Of a stretch of 64,000 bases of DNA, positions 57,665-64,000 are shown one piece after another. Within the stretch, counting starts at the first letter, position 1. Every line of letters begins with the position of its first letter. The stretch is from a virus (Duplodnaviria; Caudoviricetes). The stretch lies in the IMG/VR virus record IMGVR_UViG_3300035492_000236, one strand, 5' to 3'. The notes beneath the pieces were generated by a model that was given only the letters and a program-made list of their open reading frames with translations, did no database searches and was not told the DNA's origin. The position numbers and the translations under genes are program-made.

Positions 57665-58303
57665 ATGGCACAATTAACCACGCGCCGTACAGTCACCCCG
57701 CCAATTAATACGTCCGGCTTTTACCAAGTGTATCAGCCGTTTGTACTTAGCGATCGATTGACGTACCGGTGCGACGCCATTCGTAGCTTTAGCGAATTGG
57801 CCAAACGCGACATCGATGTCTATGTCACCTACTACAAACCGTTTGGAATCAGTGAGGCCGACTACCAGAAAGACTTGGACCTCAATGCTTCTATCGTCAC
57901 CTTGATCTCCTCTGAAGGCGAGTTTGTTTACGTCCCTAACACGTACATTGAAGCATATCCCGGCATGTCTGGGGTGTCGTATCAACGTACGGTGTTGGTG
58001 GTTGAGATGGGTCCACTGCCAGAATCTGCTGATGTCACTTATCTGCTGCCGGAAGTGGAGTCATTAGTATCGTCTGCATCAGGCACGTCCGCTAAGGCAA
58101 CAGTTGCAGTGGTACCGTTGGAGAGTCCACTGACCCATGAAGAGCATCAGCAGCTAGAAGGTGCCCGACGAGGCGCCCTTGCTCTAAGAACCTCCCTGGT
58201 TGAAGAGAACGCTACGCTGACCGCAAGAAACGACGAGCTGACCAGGCAGGTGGATGAGTTGATGGCTATCATCGCCAGCCGGCCTGAGTTCGTTGCCGAC
58301 TGA
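57665..58303 (+). CDS. Conserved virion-associated protein (phiKZ-like)
   Basis: AGGAGG RBS; TPPINTSG start; C-terminal coiled coil. Confidence 0.72.
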   Translation: MAQLTTRRTVTPPINTSGFYQVYQPFVLSDRLTYRCDAIRSFSELAKRDIDVYVTYYKPFGISEADYQKDLDLNASIVTLISSEGEFVYVPNTYIEAYPGMSGVSYQRTVLVVEMGPLPESADVTYLLPEVESLVSSASGTSAKATVAVVPLESPLTHEEHQQLEGARRGALALRTSLVEENATLTARNDELTRQVDELMAIIASRPEFVAD

Positions 58304-58304
58304 C

Positions 58305-58346
58305 AAAAAAAAAAGAAAGTCTGCCGTGTGGGGTTGCCCCCACACG
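58305..58346 (-). terminator. Intrinsic terminator
   Basis: CCGTGTGGGG/CCCCACACGG stem, then a spacer and T10 on the minus strand. Confidence 0.75.
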
Positions 58347-58352
58347 GTGGTG

Positions 58353-59201
58353 TTATGCTGCTAACTCGCGATCACGTATCACGGCATCTTGCAGGTTCCA
58401 GTCGGGAGCAAGCGGATCGCGCTTGGATTGGAACTTGCAATGGACCTTGAATGTGCTGTGTACCATTGTGGATGTAGGTGTCAGGCGCACGTCAGGTTTG
58501 GTTAATACTGCAGGCATGCAGGTGGATTGCATGGCCAGCACTAACTCCTGTTGCCAGCGTCGCCTCTCCTCTTGGCGATCCAGATATGCCACTAACGCTT
58601 CCTTGGCCATTGGTCCATAGGTACTGCGTGCCTTATCAATCTTGGCTTTCAATACACCAATGAATTGGGCAACGTTACGCGCTCGACCTTCGCGGTAGAA
58701 CAGGCGACCATTGACAGCAGCCAGCTTGGGATACATATCGGCCACGTTCTGATGCCAGGGGGCGCGAGCGATCTCAGCGGCCCGGCGTGGGGAGAGCAAG
58801 TGTGCCATATACACCTCGGTCAGTGTGGGCTCGCGTCCGAGGTAGTTACGTAACGTTCGCCGGTTCTCTTTAAGGTACTCGGCCCCCATCACTGCGTTAT
58901 CGTACGCTGCTCGACGATTAGCAGTTCGCGCAATGCCATACTGGTGACCGTAACGCTGCACAGTCACCCGCCAAGTGCGGTTGGTGAATTGGAACAGTCC
59001 GGTGGCGGTTGATTGATCGTTCTTTACGGTTGGTCGGAACGATGACTCAATGGCCGCAAAGGCGGCCAACTCTTCCACGTTGGTGTTGCTGTCTAAGCTG
59101 GCACGAACGATGTCGTCGGCCACACGATGCCAATTGGCGGAAGCCATACTGCTGGTGAACAATGTAGTCACGAAAATAAAGACGGTGTACAAGTTAAGCA
59201 T
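58353..59201 (-). CDS. Lytic transglycosylase (SLT; gp144-like catalytic domain) with N-terminal signal peptide
   Basis: IESSF, ATGLFQF and YMAHLL SLT motifs; hydrophobic leader ending SMASA. Start could instead be 59213. Confidence 0.82.
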   Translation of the reverse strand: MLNLYTVFIFVTTLFTSSMASANWHRVADDIVRASLDSNTNVEELAAFAAIESSFRPTVKNDQSTATGLFQFTNRTWRVTVQRYGHQYGIARTANRRAAYDNAVMGAEYLKENRRTLRNYLGREPTLTEVYMAHLLSPRRAAEIARAPWHQNVADMYPKLAAVNGRLFYREGRARNVAQFIGVLKAKIDKARSTYGPMAKEALVAYLDRQEERRRWQQELVLAMQSTCMPAVLTKPDVRLTPTSTMVHSTFKVHCKFQSKRDPLAPDWNLQDAVIRDRELAA

Positions 59202-59232
59202 AAGTCTCTCCAAGATTTCTGGTCTGGTTTGG

Positions 59233-59808
59233 TTATGCGACGGTTGCCGCTTCTTCGTTTTTCTGTACTTTCTTTTTCGGATAGGGAATAACGTTAATAA
59301 CTTTCTTCAATTTAAAATGAGGGAAGTGGCCAAAGTACGATGATTTAAAGGTGGCGACCCGGCCTTTGTGGAGCACGTAACCACCATTAAAGATTGCAGA
59401 ATAGAGCGCGCCTAAATGCGTACGCTCACAGGACGTTAGTTCGGAATCACATTGACGACCCAGGTCAGTGTCGATACAAATGTCCAAGGACAGCTGGGTT
59501 GGTCGCGGGTAGTGTTGTGTGAGCCTTGCTCTAGTGTGTTTGTATTGTTCAGGATCGGCGCCAGACAACTTCTTTGACAGTGACATACTCTTGCGCTCGA
59601 GTCCACGCACGTAGTGCTCGAACAGGCGGCTTGCCACATCACGGTGTCCGTCCGTAAACCCATGGCCAATTTCAACACTGCATATATACAGCTGCGGTTC
59701 GCCTGTTGGGGTATTAAAAATAGGAACCGTGACATGAATCGAATCCAGGTCACGCAGGGTTAAATCCAGGTACTCGTTTACGTATTCAGTGAAGTGAGGA
59801 TGGTACAT
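59233..59808 (-). CDS. Hypothetical protein
   Basis: Start moved to ATG 59808 (MYHPHF, AAGGA RBS) below a promoter-like motif. Confidence 0.65.
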   Translation of the reverse strand: MYHPHFTEYVNEYLDLTLRDLDSIHVTVPIFNTPTGEPQLYICSVEIGHGFTDGHRDVASRLFEHYVRGLERKSMSLSKKLSGADPEQYKHTRARLTQHYPRPTQLSLDICIDTDLGRQCDSELTSCERTHLGALYSAIFNGGYVLHKGRVATFKSSYFGHFPHFKLKKVINVIPYPKKKVQKNEEAATVA

Positions 59809-59846
59809 ATCAAAGTTCCTTGATGATACACGCGCTAATTCAAGAA

Positions 59847-59872
59847 GATGATATATACCTGAGGTAAAATTC
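59847..59872 (-). promoter_or_regulatory. Putative early-promoter motif
   Basis: Minus strand AATTTTACCTCAGGTATATATCATC. Confidence 0.55.
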
Positions 59873-60338
59873 ACTCGTCCTGATAGAGCACGCTGTCCAG
59901 GGGGATGTCTGAAAGCACATCATGAATGGCTTGCCGTACCCTCGTCTTATCCTCACCTGCCAGCCGGCCATTGAGCTGCCCTAGAGGTGGTAGTGCCAGC
60001 GAGGTGATTTTTAACGTGGGGTAATGGTTTGCCAGTTTATGGAGATTGTCAATAATCAGTTCTGGCGGGGACGGGTCCCGCCAGTCAATCTTCGTAGGAA
60101 ACAACAAGATCCTCCGCTCGGTTGACACACGATAACTCATTAGGCTGTTTGGTAATACTAGCCCGGCTTTGCAGCGCTTGCGGTAGTGTTGGTAAATGGC
60201 GGGGTGCCGCTCCCGCAGCGACAATGCCACACCGCGCCCCATAGCGCCGACCACGTTGATGGTGATCAGCACCGTTTGTTCTGGAGCGTTAAGGATGTCG
60301 CGGCCTGGCAATGCGTCACGCGACCGAACGGTGTGCAT
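59871..60338 (-). CDS. Macrodomain protein (DarG-like ADP-ribosyl hydrolase)
   Basis: DILNA...INVVGAMGRGVAL...FPTKIDWR...SLALPPLG macrodomain motifs. Confidence 0.85.
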   Translation of the reverse strand: MHTVRSRDALPGRDILNAPEQTVLITINVVGAMGRGVALSLRERHPAIYQHYRKRCKAGLVLPNSLMSYRVSTERRILLFPTKIDWRDPSPPELIIDNLHKLANHYPTLKITSLALPPLGQLNGRLAGEDKTRVRQAIHDVLSDIPLDSVLYQDE

Positions 60339-60669
60339 GAGTTACCTTACTGTCCAAATGTGCAAGGATGGTGGGCGCCTCTATTGCCAGCAGTCGGCGT
60401 GCATTGGCCGTGACTTGAGGTCGTGTGTTCGGGTGGGTCAATACACGCATCAGACTGCGAGCATTGTTGATGTATTGACAACGACCACTCTCATCGTTGT
60501 AGAGCACCATCAGATCACTGTCGTCCATGACCGCCACCGTCAGGTTGACGTTGTCAGTGGTCGGGATATTGGTCGCCAAACTGACACGGCTAAAGTTCAG
60601 TCGACGTGCCTCACCAATCAGTTGCTGATAAATGTCGGCTGGAATACGATTGAAGTTCTTTGCTTTCAT
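60316..60669 (-). CDS. Hypothetical protein
   Basis: Packed between SbcC and the macrodomain gene. Confidence 0.65.
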   Translation of the reverse strand: MKAKNFNRIPADIYQQLIGEARRLNFSRVSLATNIPTTDNVNLTVAVMDDSDLMVLYNDESGRCQYINNARSLMRVLTHPNTRPQVTANARRLLAIEAPTILAHLDSKVTHAHRSVA

Positions 60670-60684
60670 TGGAGCTAGTTCCTA

Positions 60685-63186
60685 TCATCCTGCGTACGTG
60701 ATGGTGACGCGTTCGTTGTACGATTGTGGCAACGTAATGCCTTCCGGATCAATGACCACGTTTGCCGCATTAGCCAATTTAAAATGACTGGCAGGATCGT
60801 GGCTAACCATAAACACCTGACTACAAAATCCACCACCCAATAACCCCTTCACAAAGTCAATCATGGATGCGCGATGGCCTTGGTCGAAACCACTACCCAG
60901 CTCATCCAAGAACAGCGGGTAACGCTCCAACCCGCGGGCACGGTACACTGCCAACACAAACACGAAGTCAAACACTTCCTTCTGCCCTACCGACCCGAGG
61001 GAAATGTCCGCTTTGGGTCGAGAGTCGTCGCCGCTCCAATATGGGAACTTGTAGTCCATATCGGCATCGGACACGTCACAGGGCAGGACCTGCATACGAT
61101 AGCCCCATATTTGCTCTACGTATTCTGTCATCAGGTTGGTGATGCGTTCAATACATTGGTAAAGATACTTAGCCAGGACCCCAGAATCGGGAGACATGGA
61201 CTCCATGATGTGCTTGACCGCATTGAGGCGCGTGGCTTGGGTCGCAAGCTGCTGCTCCTGGTCTTCCAGACGCAGTCGCTCCCGTTCCATCTCATCGTAA
61301 CGTTGCCGACAAGTGATGAGTAGGTCCCAGAGTTGTTGGCGGTGCTCAGCCAGTAGCTCTTGCTTAATGTTAGCCACCACCACATCACTCAGCCGCTGAT
61401 GCTCGTCCAAATAGCGCTGGTGCTCGGCTTCCAGTTCGGCCGCTCGCCGCTGCCGTAGTTCCACATCGTGGAATAGCTGAAGGTGGGTCTTGGCAACGTG
61501 CTTACGCGACAGTAAGTCGTTGATGCGTTGGTTGAGCTCGGTCTCCAGCTGCTTGAGCTGATCCACATCTTCAGCCTGCGTGGCCTCTGCCAGCTTGATC
61601 TCGTCAGCGATGCGTTCTATACGCGCGTCTATATTGGCACGGCGTGCCATGGCAGACAGTTCGGTCTGGAATCGTTGAATGCTGGGCAAGTAGGACAGCG
61701 GATCCTTGGAGAAGGCGTCATTGACCGACAGGTAGCTAAATAGGCTCATCACGGGCCGTGAGGATTTGAAATACCGCCCCACGTCATTGATGCGGTCTTT
61801 AACATGCAGTAACTCACCTAATTGTTTCAGCGCACTCTCCCCAGTCTTCAGCCCTTCACGTACCACTGCTAAGTCATTGGCGACAATAGACAGTTCGTGC
61901 TGTAACCTCGCCACGTCTGACTGACGCATTCCTGGCTTGAAGGTGTGGTTGCAGTGGTCACAAACTACTTCTTTGGCCTCGTGATATGCTTTGAGTCGCA
62001 TGGTTAACTCATGCTCACGTCGCTCCAGCTGCGTCAGTTGATTAGCCAGGACCGCCACTTCTTGCTGCTTGGCCGTATATTGTCCCTGCAAATCCGCAAC
62101 GGAAAAGTCCACGGCAAATGCTTTAAGACCATTCACCAGCGTTTCAATGTAGCTGCCTGTGCTTTCTTCGGCGTGTGAAAGTTCAGCCAAAGTGTATTGG
62201 AGTAAGTCCGGGAACAACAACTGTCCTAATTCGTTGTCCAGTGTCTGTTTGGTGCGCATGAGCTCTTGTTCTTGCATGCGCAGTTCACCAACGTCGATCT
62301 GTGTCACCTGGATGGCCTTGTTAAGTCGGCCTTGCAGGTCCTCTAACCGCTCCAGGGTTTGTTGGTAGTGTGCGTCGATGGCTACCAGCTCCTGTTCCAA
62401 CTCACGCGTTGACAGGGCCTGTAAACTACGTGGTACAGCGATGTCCAACTTCATCACTTCGTTGTGAATATGTTGGAGCTTGGCTTCCACTCGTTCAAGG
62501 TTCGTGATAGATACGTCGGGGTTGGATTGACAGCGGTCAATCTCTCGATCAAGGGCGGAGATGTCCTGCTGGAGTTCTTGTAGCCGCGTTCGAAGGGCAT
62601 TGCGTTCTTCCTCCGACGCCACCACTCGCGGACGCAACTCGCCAATGGTGTATTGTAGCGACTTAATACTACCCGTCAGGTCGCGGTGGTGTTCTTTGGT
62701 CTTCTTGTAGAAGGTAAGCGCGTACGACAGGTCAGATTCTGACAGCGAACTAAACCACTTCTTCCGATCGCCTACTGACATCGAAGTCAGCTTGACGCGT
62801 CCGGTGAGCAAATCGTGCAGGTCTTTGTCATAATTGAACAGTTGTTTGATCAGCTTGTTAAACACCGCACTGTTGGCGTCTTTAACCAGCACTACGTTAT
62901 CGGTCAAGTTGATCAGGGTGTTCTTGATATGGCCGTTGCGATTCACACTGCGCAATTCGTAGCGTACGTTGTCCAGCCGCACCACTTGAGCTTTGTGTCC
63001 GTCTGCCAAGATGTCAAACCGAGTCGGTGCCAGCGGACTCAACATCGCAATTAGACGTGACTTACCGCAGCCGTTACGACCAAGGATAATGGTGATGGCT
63101 TCCTCGATGGTCATTTTAAAGCTTTCTATTTTATTCAGCCACATGCCGTCGAAGTTTTTCAGTTCGATTGATTCAATGAGGTACAT
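60685..63186 (-). CDS. sbcC: SbcC/Rad50-like SMC ATPase (phiKZ gp165-like)
   Basis: Walker A GRNGCGKS, long coiled coil with CDHC zinc hook, signature GSVGQ, Walker B LFLDE. Confidence 0.92.
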   Translation of the reverse strand: MYLIESIELKNFDGMWLNKIESFKMTIEEAITIILGRNGCGKSRLIAMLSPLAPTRFDILADGHKAQVVRLDNVRYELRSVNRNGHIKNTLINLTDNVVLVKDANSAVFNKLIKQLFNYDKDLHDLLTGRVKLTSMSVGDRKKWFSSLSESDLSYALTFYKKTKEHHRDLTGSIKSLQYTIGELRPRVVASEEERNALRTRLQELQQDISALDREIDRCQSNPDVSITNLERVEAKLQHIHNEVMKLDIAVPRSLQALSTRELEQELVAIDAHYQQTLERLEDLQGRLNKAIQVTQIDVGELRMQEQELMRTKQTLDNELGQLLFPDLLQYTLAELSHAEESTGSYIETLVNGLKAFAVDFSVADLQGQYTAKQQEVAVLANQLTQLERREHELTMRLKAYHEAKEVVCDHCNHTFKPGMRQSDVARLQHELSIVANDLAVVREGLKTGESALKQLGELLHVKDRINDVGRYFKSSRPVMSLFSYLSVNDAFSKDPLSYLPSIQRFQTELSAMARRANIDARIERIADEIKLAEATQAEDVDQLKQLETELNQRINDLLSRKHVAKTHLQLFHDVELRQRRAAELEAEHQRYLDEHQRLSDVVVANIKQELLAEHRQQLWDLLITCRQRYDEMERERLRLEDQEQQLATQATRLNAVKHIMESMSPDSGVLAKYLYQCIERITNLMTEYVEQIWGYRMQVLPCDVSDADMDYKFPYWSGDDSRPKADISLGSVGQKEVFDFVFVLAVYRARGLERYPLFLDELGSGFDQGHRASMIDFVKGLLGGGFCSQVFMVSHDPASHFKLANAANVVIDPEGITLPQSYNERVTITYAG

Positions 63187-63278
63187 GTTGTTCGGACCAT
63201 GGTTGAGGTTCTATATCATTTCCCATGGCGGTAAAAAATCAGGCATCCTATAGACGCAAACTAAATCGGAGTCAGTCC

Positions 63279-64000
63279 ATGGAACTTTCACATTTGCACT
63301 TTCATTCCTGGGGGTTAGTGGCTGAAAACGCTGCGATCGGTCAGCAGGTGGTGAGTGTGGTGCCGGTTGAATACCGGTTCGGCCATAAAGAGGTGGTGAT
63401 TGATAACCCACAGGAGGATGTGGTCACCTATCCGTCTGAGGACGGGATGGAAACTGTCAAGGTTTTCCACAACGGTGCCGTCCCCTGTCAGTGGCTTAAT
63501 CTTAACGGTAACCGAGTCACCCCGCCCAACGTTCGACGTAATGACGACGTCATCATCTTACGCATGGGCAACACTGACCAGTATTACTGGATGGACTTTA
63601 ATATCGCCAATGTAAAGCGACTGGAAACGGCCGTGTGGGCATGGTCAGGCGATCCCAACAACCCCATTAAAGACGACCTCTCTAATGCGTACCGGCTAGA
63701 AATATCCACGCATGGTGGTCTGGTTACGTTCACTACCTCCCGGGCCAATGGCGAGCCATTCGGTTATGTGCATCAATTCAACACCAAAGACGGTAAGGTG
63801 GTGTTAGAGGACACAGCCGGGAACCGTATCTACATGGATAGTTCCCGCACGGACATTGGCATGATCAATGCTGACAAAACGTTTCTCCGTCTCAACCGCA
63901 AGAACATCGAGGCCTACGCGCCGGACAGTATACACTGGACCGCTGTGAAACACGTGAGCTTCAAATGTCAGACCATGTCAATCCAAGCCGCCGACAGCTT
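63279..64000 (+). CDS. Baseplate central spike / tail-tip protein (phiKZ gp164-like), partial
   Basis: Frame open from ATG 63279 (MELSHLHFHSWGLVAEN...RVTPPNVRRND...) to the window end; divergent from SbcC as in phiKZ. Absent from the ORF track because no stop lies in the window. Confidence 0.8.
   Translation, partial: MELSHLHFHSWGLVAENAAIGQQVVSVVPVEYRFGHKEVVIDNPQEDVVTYPSEDGMETVKVFHNGAVPCQWLNLNGNRVTPPNVRRNDDVIILRMGNTDQYYWMDFNIANVKRLETAVWAWSGDPNNPIKDDLSNAYRLEISTHGGLVTFTTSRANGEPFGYVHQFNTKDGKVVLEDTAGNRIYMDSSRTDIGMINADKTFLRLNRKNIEAYAPDSIHWTAVKHVSFKCQTMSIQAADS

Noticed and set aside
1-64000. tRNA genes, CRISPR arrays, nuclear shell (ChmA) or PhuZ genes
   Set aside because: None recognised by eye in this window; nucleus formation cannot be confirmed here and is only implied by the phiKZ-like core.

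Overview
This is a 64-kb segment of a phiKZ-like (Chimalliviridae-type) jumbo phage genome. The assignment rests on recognised protein motifs and on a gene order matching the phiKZ core blocks. The blocks are: terminase large subunit, gp26/27/28-like proteins, tail sheath and tail tube; prohead protease (gp175-like), gp176/177-like proteins, split virion RNA polymerase beta (gp178-like) and beta' (gp180-like), tape-measure/lytic transglycosylase (gp181-like) and gp182-like; and vRNAP beta C-terminal piece (gp149-like), UvsX, RNase H, a DEDD exonuclease, an SLT lysin, SbcC and a gp164-like spike cut by the window end. The main finding is that both large vRNAP subunit genes are interrupted by related, ORF-less group I introns of about 470 nt. 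One splits the catalytic D|FDGD motif of beta' and the other splits HDD|GKR of beta. Accessory islands carry a NADAR-like/DUF488-like pair, a DarG-like macrodomain, a SLOG protein, a signal-peptide HNH nuclease and a degenerate DNA-ligase-like protein. A recurring early-promoter-like motif and a G-quadruplex-capable purine tract are also present. No tRNA or CRISPR array was seen. All family assignments come from motif recognition by eye, with no database searches.
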